The translations under genes were made by a program, and so were the position numbers. Below the pieces are notes generated by a model. The model was not told the origin of the DNA and did no database searches. It saw only the letters and a program-made list of their open reading frames with translations. A stretch of DNA of 54,453 nt, the filler included, from Bipalium vagum (lineage: Eukaryota), in assembly GCA_037834085.1 (NCBI GenBank). It is 3 parts of 3 records of this genome, joined end to end, with 100 filler letters (N's around TTAATTAATTAA, not from the genome) between each part and the next. Parts side by side here need not be neighbours in the genome. Positions count along the whole stretch, not along the records: positions 1 to 19,513 come from JBBMKC010001509.1; positions 19,614 to 35,474 come from JBBMKC010141881.1; 1 more part is not named here. One strand, 5' to 3'. Shown piece by piece: positions 13,690 through 26,290 of this stretch (within the stretch, counting starts at the first letter, position 1; each line of letters opens with the position of its first letter).

Positions 13690-14810
13690 AAGATTGCATA
13701 TTATTGATATTTATCGGTCTAGAAAAATGAGTTTACAATTTAAATTTACCCAAAAGAAAATATTTTTAATAATAGACGAAGCTGAAGTAAAAGGTATTAA
13801 ACTTTGTAATGTAATTATTGGCTTTTTGAAAAATTCATTTGAGCATTATTTATGTGAAACGATTATATTGGAAAGCTCGTTTAATTCTGGAATTATTGTA
13901 AGAATAATTATAGTTATTATTATTGAAACTGATATTAATGTTGATGATTTTAGTTTGCTAATATCCGACGCAGCTACAAATATGGTTAAAGCTGCTTCTA
14001 TATTAAAAGAATCATAAAGACATCTTTTTCATATAACTTTTACTGCTCATTTGATACATAATGCAGCTATGAGGATAAAATCATATTACACTGAGATGTG
14101 TACTGATTATACAGAGGGAAAGCATTGACGATTAAAAACAAAACTATCAATAGTAAATTTGCTCAAATAGGGCAACCACCTGATTTTATTCCAACTGAGT
14201 GGGGAATGTGGTTAGATCTATGTGAATATTATTCTAAAAGTTTAATTGAAGTAAAAAGAATAGTGCTCGAAGAATGCTTGACTGAGGGTATAATTTCCAC
14301 AAGAGCATGTTCAAAAGCTATCTTTAACAAGAGATCTATATGATATCAGTTACCAATATTCCCATTTGACAAAGATAATTCCGATTCTCAATTCAAAATG
14401 TGGGACAATTAAAGATACTTACAGATATATCAATGAATTACATTTTGGCAGTGATTCTGTTGAAATAAAGAAATATATTGGACAATAAATTGCATCAGAT
14501 TTTTTAAAAATTTCAGAAGTCAATAACCCATCCATAAATCGCTATTTATATATTTTATTAAATGGATGTCCATCAGTATCTACCAGTGTCGAACGAAGCT
14601 TTTCTATGCTTAGAAAACTTCTTGGAAAATATTGAAATTTTAGGACTTCAAACATTGCAGAATATGTTTTTATATTTTAATAACTTCGATGAGTTTCAAG
14701 AAGAAACTGACGAAAGCAGTTTGTCGTAAATTCTTAATAATATAACTATAAAGTGTTGTTTTGACTTCTAATTTTATAAATGCATATTTTTGGTCGCCCT
14801 AGTAATTACT
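13690..14810 (+). mobile_element. hAT-like (DUF659/CGGBP-related) transposase pseudogene, copy 2
   Basis: IFLIIDE, LLISDAATNMVKA, HITFTAHLIHNAA (CxxH-like), PTEWGMWL and SVERSFSMLRKLL. Terminal GCATATTTTTGGTCGCCCTAG at ~14782-14802. Several stops and frameshifts. Confidence 0.75.
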
Positions 14811-15904
14811 AATCAGTCAAACAAAACAAAGTAAAAAAAAGATTGCGTAGTAATAATGATTTCATTTAAGAGTTTTTAATGTGCAAAATTCAATCTTAAT
14901 ATATTTCTCAAAGATTATTAGATAGATTTCTAAACAGAATTGGATTATATTTTAAAATGTACAATTTCATTTTACTTACCAAAAATTAAAAAGGTGATTT
15001 GGAGCTATTCGTAATTTTGATAATTATTTAGGATTTCCCTTACTATTTTTCTACATATATCTAGATAATTGACATTAAAGCAGCTCTAAAATCTTCCAAT
15101 ATTAACTTCATTATCTTCTAATTCTAATATAAAACCAAATTTTTATAAATACATCGATCTTAAAGAGATCCTGGTAAATTCAATTTTCAATAAACCACGA
15201 ACTTTCAAAAGGTCTGTGGAAGTGTTCCTATCAGGATTGTATTGAAAAATTTATACTTAAATAGTTTATTAAGTTCTTTATTGTTTCATTAGCTATTATA
15301 AATTGTGTAACCAGAAATCAATCCCTATATACTTATCACATTGTACGTTATAAAAAAGGTCTAAAATCCGATTGCTTTCTTCACAAAAATATTTTTTATA
15401 AGTATTATTTTTTAAAATATTACCTATTTTTTTCATTAAGAGTAATATTTTAAGATAATTTTTCTAATTACCAAACGTTGCCATTTAACAATTCTTATTG
15501 GTTTATTAATTAAAGCTTAATAATTTGAAAATCAGTGCCAAAAGTAAATCGTGCGATGCTTTACACTCCCTGTCAGACATGGATTAAAAGATAATTCCTT
15601 TAAAGATATCATTATTGTTAACATCTATTACGTTTTAAATTAGCCTTTAACAATAAATAAGCGAATGATGCCTTTAAACATTTGATGTGGACTTTTTACA
15701 TATAAATAATAATCATTACCAAAATTTATAATTTCAATAAGATGAATGTTACCGATACTATGTTTATAACCTACTTTTTAATTTAATTTTAGATTTTAAT
15801 AAAATACATTGTTCACATTTTGAATCTCACTCAACAAATTCAGAAATATTATTTTTACATTTACTAAAATAAAAATAAATCATGAATCCAGTAAAATTTA
15901 TTTT

Positions 15905-16677
15905 TTAGCACATTCTATCAATAAGCTTGTTAATGTATTCTTCTCTATTACCAAAGTCACCACCTTCAACGAAGTGATTTGCCTTCTTTCGGAAGCCACC
16001 ACGTGGGTTGTTCAATTTGAAGTAATACAAAAAGGAGTTAGCTTCTTTGAAGTGTGGTCCAACGGTATAGATTTCGTGGATCAAGTCTTCGACGCAAATG
16101 ATGTTGAATTTACCCAAGTGTTGTTCAATCATAGTGTTGCTGTCAATTGGGATACGGCAACCATTGATTTTGGCAAATCCTCTTTTGTAGACCAACTTCT
16201 TAACCATTTTCAATGATGGATAACCCCATGCAACATATGGTTCAACAATTCTCAACATTTGCAAAGTTGCTTTGTTTAATTTGATAAAGACACCGTTGTT
16301 GATTTGTCTCAATCGGAAAAGTTGCAAAACCTTTCGTGGCTTTGGAGCAATTTTATTTATACCTTTCAGTCTAATTACAAATGCCAATTTTGGTTCAGCG
16401 GGAACGAAGACATTACCATCAGCCTTAGCGCTTTTTAAGTTGTTTATCAAAGCAACTTTCTCACGTGCATAAGCCTAAAATATGATAAAGAAGTTTTAAC
16501 AAAAAACTTCAAACTTACAGCTGCATATTTCTGAGCTTTAATAGTTATCAATCTTTTCTTTGCCAAAAAAGCTTTGCGCTTTGCAATTTTTTCGGCAACT
16601 TTCTTTTCAACAGCAGTAGCTTTCTTAACTTCCTTTTTAACAAGCGATTCTGGTTTTCTTGGAACTTTATCAGTCAT
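15905..16677 (-). CDS. RPL7: 60S ribosomal protein L7 (uL30); exons 16677-16519 and 16474-15905; 242 aa
   Basis: [52 protein letters not shown] and [12 protein letters not shown] are unmistakable. A 44-bp GTAAGT...TTTTAG intron (16518-16475) joins the two ORF-track frames in phase 0. Confidence 0.98.
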
Positions 16678-17154
16678 TTTAAATCTTCAAATTTAAAGTT
16701 AATTATTATAAAACTTTACAAACAAACTTTTTTTTCAAATTTTACAAAATCTTTACTTTTAATAATTTAAACAAGTTTATTTAATCAAATTTATTAATTT
16801 TTTCAACAAATTTAGCATCACGTTATATCTCATTTCTTTTAATCAATTAATCAATTTCTTTTTTAGGAATACATAAAAATTTATTTAAAAGATACAATAG
16901 TAATCAGTAATATAACAATATATTTGATCATTATTTAATAAGGGTATTAAAGTATTATCTTCTGCATACATTATAATAAATTTGTGATTTTTTTTTCATT
17001 TTTCTGATAATGAATTAAATTATTATATTTTATTCCTAGTCTTAGATTTACAACTTTATATTTATGAAAAATTCTTATGCCTTATTTGGTTTTTTATACC
17101 ATATACGTCTTACACAACAAATATTTATATTAGCTCAAAGTTTAGAACCTTAAA

Positions 17155-17762
17155 TTATGGACATTTGATCTCAACAAAATCATTTCCGGGACATAAAAGT
17201 GACGATGTTCAATAAAAATTATAAAATAAATTGATAAATCATTTTATTTGTAATTTATCCATAAACTAAGCATTTCATTTATAAATTTTATATTTGACAA
17301 CATGGTATATTAGTATATTAGTATTATATATATATCAATTTTAATCATTTGAATATATACACGAGTTCTTTTACACCAAATCTTGATAATATACAAATTA
17401 TAAAGTTGATATTAATAAATATCAACGTTGAACTGAAAAGAAATCCCAACAATAATTTATCATCATTATCTTATGATCTTATTAATAAAACTTCAAAATA
17501 TTTTTATAATTATGATTATTATTTTAATTAGTGATATTATTATATTGGGTTGTCAAGCATGAAATTTATAGTTAAAAAGATCCCCAACTTTACTAGATTA
17601 TTATTTGACACTGGCTTAATATTTTACCAATCAGTTTTTTCGTGTTGGTAATTTACATATTTATCCTGTATAGTGTAATCTTTGTAAGCTAAAAAAATAT
17701 TAAAGATTTGCTTTATGTAATCAATTTTATTTAAAACAGATTTTTCTGAAATGTGCATCATT
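17155..17762. repeat. Dispersed repeat copy 2 (blocks in order B then A)
   Basis: Same blocks as 6146-6790, same orientation, permuted order. Confidence 0.85.
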
Positions 17763-17939
17763 TTGAAGATTCAGTTTTTAGTCGACATAGCGGCATCCTA
17801 GACCACGGGAAACAGCGTACTGGAAATAGTGTATTTCAGTGCAGTATTATTAAGCAGACACAGCAGAAAATATTAAATTTTTTCATCAAATATCGTAAAA
17901 ATAATTTTGATCTCATAAATGAACCACTTCATCTCCCAG

Positions 17940-18300
17940 AATCAAAGATCTGTAAAGACTAATTAAATCTCACCATTAAAACTAGTCCCTCTCAGAGTGT
18001 CAATGAATCGTCACTGAAGTTTTGTGTCAATATATAATCACTCATCTCAAATAGAAAAAGTTAAAATTAATATGTGTTCCACATAAACTTCATGAAAAAC
18101 AGAAAGAGCAGCGTTTGCAAATCTACTGGATATTGGTTTCTCCTAACAAATCTGAACCATTTTTCAACATAATTGTCATTTGTTACTAAAAATGGATTGG
18201 ATGTGATAATCGCAAATCATGTCGAAATATACCACGCAGTGGATTCACCAAAAAAACTGTTGATGAGTACTTAGTGGTCTAGCAGAGGTAATCAAAACCA
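17940..18300 (+). mobile_element. mariner central remnant
   Basis: CVPHKLHEKQKEQRLQI...NKSEPFFNIIVIC..KWI matches the WVPHEL...FLxRIVTCDEKW region. Confidence 0.7.
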
Positions 18301-18499
18301 TTGATTTGCAAGTGGGTTCTGGTTAATCCTTCAATAATCCGTTTAAAAAATAGAAAATATGTTGCTTCAGTTAGGAGGCGTAAAATATTTGAAGATATCA
18401 AATATCTTTTGACAATTATTTTACTATGTATAATTTTTGAATTTGTTTTTATTTTAATTTACACCAACCTTGAAATCTACACTTTTAATGTTATCATTC

Positions 18500-18690
18500 A
18501 TCATTTTATTGAATCATAATGATGAATTTTGGATGCGAGTCAACCATAAGCTCTGTAGACAGTTTGATACATCTAAGGCGTTTTTAAAATCGTACCTCCA
18601 AGAGTTCACATGGGTTGAATGGCATGAGAAAAGTTCGACATTTTCCTCCTTTATATGTATTCTTACTCGACAGTACACACTTTGAACTCT
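18500..18690 (+). mobile_element. Merlin/IS1595-like transposase C-terminal fragment
   Basis: EFWMRVNHKLCRQFDTSKAFLKSYLQEFTW resembles the Merlin ExxWxxxKxx..GTS...SYLxEFxW motif. Confidence 0.5.
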
Positions 18691-19513
18691 AATAAAATCA
18701 GCATTTATTATATTATACGCTTTTTGATCATCATTTAATATTGTTTTTAAAGTCGCAATTGTTTTTATGTTCTACCTTTTCTGTCGTCTTATGTTTCTTG
18801 ACTTGTATTTGGTTGGAATTGATCTTGTGTTTCGCTCTTCATCGGCTAGTATTAGCATTGTGTTCTAGATTTCTTTATCTCCAATCATCAGCCGGCAAGG
18901 GTGCGCTTAAAAAGAAAAGAAAATTAAGTGATTTCGCCGGTCTTCGGCTGTGCTGATCTTCTTCTCCGTTCACTTACCATAGACAAAAAAACCTTCCAAT
19001 AAAAATCAAAAAAACTTATGGGTGTATTTCCCAACTCCCATGCACATCACCTGTTCGTCTATTCCGAGAGATAAACCTATGCCTTACGTAAAAAAACAAT
19101 TTAAACCATATCACAGATAAGAATATAAGACCTTAAATTGTTTCTCGGAGTAAACAATGGGTGTTGGAATAAGTGTAAGGTTTTCAGGAATTACCTCCTC
19201 AGAAAAAATACACATATGAAAAGAACCCACCACCGTATAAATACCTATAAAAATCCCTTCACCATAAAAGTATTCTCTCTTCAACATAAAAGTTATAAAA
19301 TACGTTGTAATAAAAACAAATACAAAGACAGTTTTTCCTAATCCTTATCAGTCTTTTTGCTCTCATATCACTGAGATCTAGTATTTCAGGTCACTCGGAC
19401 GACAAGAGTTAGGGATAAGACATTCCTAGGACAATTATTTCCTCCAACATACCATGAGCAGTGGATATTGGATTATTTCTTCTTTATCGGTTTGTTACGA
19501 TATATATTACATA

Positions 19514-19613
19514 NNNNNNNNNNNNNNNNNNNNNNNNNNNNNNNNNNNNNNNNNNNNTTAATTAATTAANNNNNNNNNNNNNNNNNNNNNNNNNNNNNNN
19601 NNNNNNNNNNNNN
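19514..19613. other. Artificial contig linker (N44-TTAATTAATTAA-N44)
   Basis: Exactly 100 bp. The central palindromic 12-mer gives stops in all six frames. An identical copy is at 35475-35574. Confidence 0.98.
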
Positions 19614-19935
19614 GAAACATAAATGCCGTGTACGGAGAAGGTACCATGTGTTGTCGGGCAGCACGAAAATGGTTTTCTAAATTTAAGAAACATTTCTGTG
19701 GCAAATATTTATCAAATCCTGAAGATTTGAGAGAAGAGCTGGAGAGTTTCAGTCCTCAGATTTCTTCGAAAGCATTCTCTGAACTGATCCAGCACTGGAA
19801 AAGTGTGCGGTTGTAAATGCCTCTTATGTTGAAAAATGATGTCTATACATATTATATGTTACTGTGTAAAAGTTGAGTGTTTCCATTAAATTGTTTTCCT
19901 AGTTATTGCACAGACTTATTGGACGCAACACATAC
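19614..19935 (+). mobile_element. Internally deleted mariner, truncated by the contig start
   Basis: N-terminal NINAVYGEGTMCCRAARKWFSKFK is fused directly to C-terminal-like HFCGKY..EDLREELESF..LIQHWKSV. TIR-like GCACAGACTTATTGGACGCAAC at ~19908-19929. Confidence 0.6.
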
Positions 19936-20499
19936 TTTAACTTTTTAAACTTAATTTTAACATTTCTCATAATGAAATTAAAGTTTGAATGAAAATAAAA
20001 TAAAGTTATGAGTTATAACATTTTCTTAACCGTACTTAAACAGACTTTTAGAGTCTATAAATATTAAAATAACACATAATGGCTTTCCCTTAGAAGATTA
20101 TGATTATATGGTAATGTCAAGTGGACAATAAGAAAAGATCCATAAAATAAAAATAATTATTATTATCTGAGATTAATATTATAGTTTTAGACTGACTAAT
20201 ATTTTGAAATCGTAGATTTCGACAGATTTTCACTTGAGAGAATAAAAGGTAATCTGGTTAGACTGAGAAAGTTATGTATGTCAGATAAATGAGAAAAAAA
20301 CTGATCTGATTTAATCCAAAAAATATTTTAGTTTTTTGATTTTCATTTTAAATAAATAAATTTTAATTAATTTTTATTCAAAGTGCAGAAGATTTATGGT
20401 TAAAGTGTAAAATTTTTAATAATACTTATTTATGTCTAATGTATTATTTATTAATGTATTATAAAACCTATTTGATTATTATAAATGTATTTATTTTAG

Positions 20500-21759
20500 A
20501 GATGCTTCTCCAGGACCACAAAATTATTTTCTAACTCTTGAAAATTGTTTATCTAGTATATATAAGGTTATTATATAATTTTTTTACATTTTGAATTTTT
20601 ATAATTTTTAATTACTTTAGCCTAAAATCTTTAAGATTAACGATTTTTTATTAGGCTAACAAGAAAGTAATAACATTTTTAATAATTCATATCCAGTCAA
20701 TTAATACATTGTTTATAGAAATAAAAACCATATTTTTGACGATTTTATGAAGTTTAAGTTCGGAAATAAGTCTGTTTTTTAAAGTTGTAAATATTTTCAT
20801 CCAAGAATTTTTCGGATATCAAGACATTAATCATGTTCTTAAAACACATAAAAAAGACATTACTTAAGATTTCGCGATAAATCTGGAAAGTAACCATAAC
20901 CGCTTCTGTCCTGAACAAAAACCTGGTACATTATCATCTCAATTTAACTTTTCCATTACGTTCTTGACTTGATAGTGATGTGAGTTTTTGCTTTAACACC
21001 TATTTCAACTATGTACCATAAATAACAATTGAGAGGAGTTAGTGTCTAGAGGGAGCAATTAATCGGGTGTTAATGATAAGTTAATTTTCAAAAATACATG
21101 TCTGAGTGTTTCTTGCTTTTATGAGCCGGAGCAGAAACTTTTTGATATGCATATTTTCTCCAACTGGATACTTTTGCGGTTCAATGGTTCTCAACCTTTA
21201 AAATAAGTTGACAAATCTCTGACTGTAATTTCTTTCTCGAAAAAGCATGACGTTACCTTTACTATCTATGACAATCGAAACTTAGAATACTTGACAGTTG
21301 GAATACTAGAAACACAATGATAGATTCAGCGGTTATTTTGCCGATTTAGTTTTCTATTTAAACGAACTATTTCGCATTTTATAAGAAATTTAAAAGTTCA
21401 GCGTTATCATGTGCTAAGTTATTAAGTAAAGTATTTGCCTCAAGTTTACTGTTTTAGTTTAATTTTTCTGTCAAGAGAAGTCTTCGTAAGCGTATGTAGA
21501 ATATTTGGCATATATACAGGTTACACTAACTGTTGACTTGGTCACATTCTTTAGCACATGCTTTGGTAAGTTTCCACATTTTTGGAGCCACTAGCATTAA
21601 TCTTTTTTTTAAATCAGCCAAATTTTTCAAGATGATATCCAGTTTTTCTATGTAGAAATATCTTTTTCCCATTTCTGATTACCCATTTCAGAGTTCTAGC
21701 TCTGAACTCCAGCCAAATACTAGTATATTAAAGTAATATTTTTTTTCTTAAAAACAAAT

Positions 21760-21822
<63 letters not shown>

Positions 21823-24698
21823 GTTTATAGATAGTGAGAAATTAAAAATTATAATTATTGATACTGTTTACAATATTATTTATTAATATCTTGTTATCTA
21901 TCACTAAACTAGTTTTTCAAACATTGTCTTAATAAAGAAAACGGAACTGTTTTTAATTAAATTTACCAAAATTATTAATATTTCTGTTGAACTAATTATT
22001 TTAATATTCTTACATTGATTAAATCAGAAGCATCTTTGTGTATGGCACGGAAAAAAATATCAAAAATTACCATCGAATTTTGATATTTTAAAACTGCGTT
22101 ATACCGGAAACATTGTTGAGTACTCTCATAAAATGTATTTAATTATCAATAAAATCCATTAATTAAGTAATCACTTTTATCAATTCTTAAATATTTAGGC
22201 CCAGCAGTCAAAGATTTACCAAATTGATAAATTTGATGTCATAGACTATGAGCACTATGATGTATATTTTATAATTTTTTTCCGAGTTGGTCATAGTTTA
22301 CAAATTACAGAAAGTCGAAAACGGAGATTTAAATTGGATTATATTTAGAAGGATTTTGGCTTTTTCAGGTCCAGAAGATCTAAATTATTCGAAAAGTAAT
22401 AAAACAAATTTGTTTTTTAATCAATTTTTTATAAAAGAATAACAAATTATATTAATTTTTATTAATTCTATTAATTTTTACCACAAATATTTTCATTATA
22501 TCTCAGTAAAAGATATCACATTATTTATTTATTTTTTTATTAATGTATAGATTTCATGAACAACTTCATATTTTACACTTTTCAGATCTACTTTAAAAAT
22601 ATTTCTTTCTCCTTCTTCAATTTGAAGAATAATTAAATAAATAAGATTATTTTATTTCTCCTTATATATAATATATTGATTTATCCCTTTCCTTATGTAA
22701 TATTTACTCAACCTTTACCGGGTTTATATTTAATTAACCTTTATATTTATTCAACCTAATATAACTTTACAAACACCATTTTCAGCCTATGCAGCACAAA
22801 TAATTTGTTTTAAAAGTCATGCTCAACAGCTTAGACATTCAGAATAATGGCATGCTTAAAAAAAATAAATAAAATTTATTTATCTACAGGAACATGTAGT
22901 TCGATATGACTTTTTAAACATTATTTTCAATGATCTTATATTGAAGATTTCGAACAGAAATAAATGCAGAAATTAAGTGTATTATGTATAAATTCTTTTT
23001 CATTGAAATCATGGTCTAACATATGTTTTAGTTCATGGTTTTAAAGTCAGATTTTTTTCCAAATAGGACGACATAAATAAGTTGATCGTTTAGGAAAATT
23101 GAACGATTTAAAGGTGACCTTCTCCAGCTTTATATTATACGGAAAATTATATATTATATTATAATGAAAATTAAAATAAAATTTAAATTTAATTAAATTT
23201 AAAATTTTTATTAAAATTTATTTTTAAAATAACAATATTTATCCATTTATTTATCTATTCACATTATTTATTATTTTTTATGAGATGAGAAATAATACCA
23301 ATCATTTCATCTTTTGTTCAGATGAAATGTATTATGTAAACTATAATCTATTGACATTTGGGGGTTAATCTAAATGGTCATTTTAAGAAGTTTTTGAAAT
23401 CAAAGTTTATTCCGTAAAGGCTTAAAAGAATATCCGTCCATATTATTATTATCAACATTTAGAAGATCGAGAACTATGATTTCAGAATTTTAATAAATTA
23501 AATAATATTATATTTTAAAAATTTAGAACGTGTAATTAATTACGAACGAGTCTATAAAAAATCACGATATTAAAAAATTATCTTCACCATCTTAAATATT
23601 TTATTAATTGTTTTATTTTCCATAAATTTTATTATTTTTAAAACTTTATAGATTCCTTCACTCATTCACCAGATGTATATATACCGTTCTTTCGATTTAA
23701 TAATGTAATGTGCGTCATTAGATTAAATGAAAAGAGATATTCCTCAGAGATCTTTAAAAGAGCTGGTATTAATCATTTTGATCTATATTTTGAAGATGGA
23801 GATGTTCCTTCTGATTATGTTTTAAAAAGATTTTTACAAATTTGTGACACTTATCATCCTATTGCAATACATTGTGCTGGTATTTTGTTAAACCTTATTT
23901 TATTATTTAAAGTTTTATTGACCAGCTGGTCTTGGAAGGACTGGAACCTTGATTGCTTATTACATAATGTATTATTACAGATTCTCAGCTGCTGAAGCTA
24001 TCGCATGGGTGAGAATTTGTCGACCCGGATCGGTTTTGGGCAAACAGCAAATTTGGCTTGAAGAGTAGTTATTTGAGGCTTTTTTGAGATTAATTATCTT
24101 TGTTAATAGAAGACAGTACGAATTTGAGACATTTGATATTAGAAAAGGTAGTACTTATTCTTTTCTTGAATAAATGAAATATATATTTCATACTTTTATC
24201 TATTTTGTTTAGGAGAAGGAGTAAATATATCAAGAGATATGAATTTTATTTTATTTATCTGATTTTGCCCCTTCTCTTGTTATTTCTCTTTATTTCTTAA
24301 CTTAAGTACCTTTAAAAACATTCATCTGACACTTGAACGATTCAAACACCTTCAGACCTTATGTTACCTTACACTTAACAAAATTGTTTTTGAACAGACA
24401 TTCAAAAAGTTATGGATCGTCTGTTTTCATCGAAACACTTTGTATGTAGTAATTCTAATTTAATGAAATTTAAATTTTTATTAAAATTTAAGAAAAAATA
24501 AAAATAAAAACAAATTTGCAACAGATTTTATCATAATATTAGATATAGATTATGAATGTGATCAAAAAAACAAACTCAGACGTCATTTACTTAAAGTTCA
24601 GAAGATCAGGTTAATTTACATTACTAACATTAAGGATCTAAAGATTTTCTTTTAGCTCTTTATCACCAAAATCAAGTTGGAGATGGATTCGTCATTGA
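20500..24698 (+). CDS. CDC14: CDC14 dual-specificity phosphatase, 5'-partial; exons 20500-20566, 22199-22261, 22311-22395, 23652-23879, 23926-24064, 24110-24147, 24549(or 24543)-24609, 24656-24698
   Basis: Spliced translation [23 protein letters not shown] / [10 protein letters not shown] / [18 protein letters not shown] / [29 protein letters not shown] / [29 protein letters not shown]. All introns are GT-AG and phase-consistent. The last two exons are less certain, and N-terminal exons were not found. Confidence 0.92.
20690..20960 (-). mobile_element. Highly decayed mariner-like remnant in a CDC14 intron
   Basis: Weak DDNVP and YFPDLS (HDNAP/YSPDL-like) traces on the minus strand. Confidence 0.3.
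21763..21820. repeat. (AAT)n microsatellite in a CDC14 intron
   Basis: About 19 perfect AAT units. Confidence 0.95.
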
Positions 24699-25049
24699 AA
24701 AAAATAGGAAGATCGTGAAAACATTGACAAATTTGTTAATTGATTATGTATGGTAAAAATTAATATATACAAATCCCTTTAAAATGTATTTTATTGAATA
24801 TTTTTTTTGAAAATAAATGAGGAATTTACAAAATTTTAGGAATTTGAAAAAGGAAATAATAATTCTTTCAGAATTTTTCAATATTTATCGCAAGTGATAA
24901 ATTGAGTCAGAGATTATTTTATTTTATTATTCATATGATTAAAACAAACGTGACATTAGTATCATTAACACAACAATTAACACGAAAGATTATCGAAAAA
25001 TGGTCAAATACATTTAGTCAATATAACTGAAAGATTTGGCAGTTCAGAT

Positions 25050-25362
25050 CTGTTATTCCAACAATATAATGCGCCTTTTTACCATGCAAAATCCAATTAT
25101 GAATGGTTTGATGAAAATGCAAAAGTTATTAGAATGACCATCGCTTTCCTCAGACTTGAGTCCTATTGAAAATGTATAGAGAGCGATCGCTAGAAATGCG
25201 TATGTTGGTGAAAAGTAATTTTCCAATGTCAGTAACTTGAAATCAGCAATCATCAAAGAATGAGAAAAGCTTTCAATTGAAGAATTAAGAAAACACCCGG
25301 ACAGCATGCCAATCAGAAGTTTTGAAATTTTTATAAGCAAGGGAGGAAAAACGAAATATTAG
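25050..25362 (+). mobile_element. Tc1/Tc3-like transposase C-terminal remnant
   Basis: FQQYNAP..., LLE*PSLSSDLSPIENV*RAIARNAY..LKSAIIKE*...SMPIRSFEIFISKGGKTKY*. Confidence 0.85.
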
Positions 25363-26009
25363 TGTTAATATTGTTGATAGGAAGTTTATGCATACCTCAT
25401 TTTAAAAATAAAATTGTAGTGATGTTATAATTTTGATTCAATCATTTTTACCCAAAATTGTATTTAACTATAATACAAATTTAGATTATTTCTGAAATGC
25501 TGGAAAACAAAATTTATAATTGTTTATAATAATATTAAATAAAAATATTTATTAATATATTTTAATAATAATCAAAGAAATGGAATGAAGTTATAATTTT
25601 TTACATTATACTAAAATTAAAACTTAAGCAAAGTTAATTTAATATTATTTATTATGATTACTTATTATTTCAATTATTATTAGCCTTCTGTTAAAGAAAA
25701 GATATTTTATAAAAGAAAAAGGATGAAAATGAAAACAATGAAATAATTATTTTTCTATACTGGACTTGAAGTATTGAAATAAACATCTATACATTACTTA
25801 AAATACAATTAAAACATACAAAATCTATTTAAGAAACTTAGAATGACAATTCAATCAATTGACCACTACTGTTAATATTTAAATTTAAAAAATATAGAAA
25901 TTAATTAAATAATAATTAATAAGTAATTAAATGCTATTAATAATCAATTAATCACGAAATTATAATAGTCGATATTAAGAGAAAAACAGTCAAAGATAAT
26001 AATAAAATG

Positions 26010-26290
26010 GAACGATTTCACCATTGAAGTTCACAACTTGGTTCCTGAGTCAATAACAATCACATAACGAGCTTCTTGTTGTCGACCAAGGTCCACGGGA
26101 CCCAGACATCTAATTAAACAACTGGAAAGCATACTTTACAGAACTTTTTGACAACCTAAATCGAATTTTTTCTGAGTTTCCGCAATTCTGAGACCTACAT
26201 ACTCTGAGTCCTCTCTGGCGAATCAACGCAGACATTAAGGGCTGAGACCCATCTCCCAATTAACAGCCTAATTAGCACACATTAACAAAA
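26010..26290 (-). mobile_element. Possible 3' end of an RLE-type non-LTR element
   Basis: GC-elevated island with a frame-broken minus-strand ending (..KKFCK../..GSRGPWS) reminiscent of R2/NeSL C-termini. Weak. Confidence 0.25.

Noticed and set aside
15974-16472. Plus-strand ORFs 15974-16216 and 16272-16472
   Set aside because: Antisense shadows of RPL7.
19558-19569. TTAATTAATTAA palindrome as a biological motif
   Set aside because: It is centred in N runs and duplicated exactly, so it is an assembly linker. The natural occurrence near 49273-49284 is low-complexity AT sequence.
24213-24262. Additional CDC14 exon after the AG at 24211-24212
   Set aside because: It runs into a stop or gives an out-of-phase donor. 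It could be an alternative terminal exon but is unsupported.
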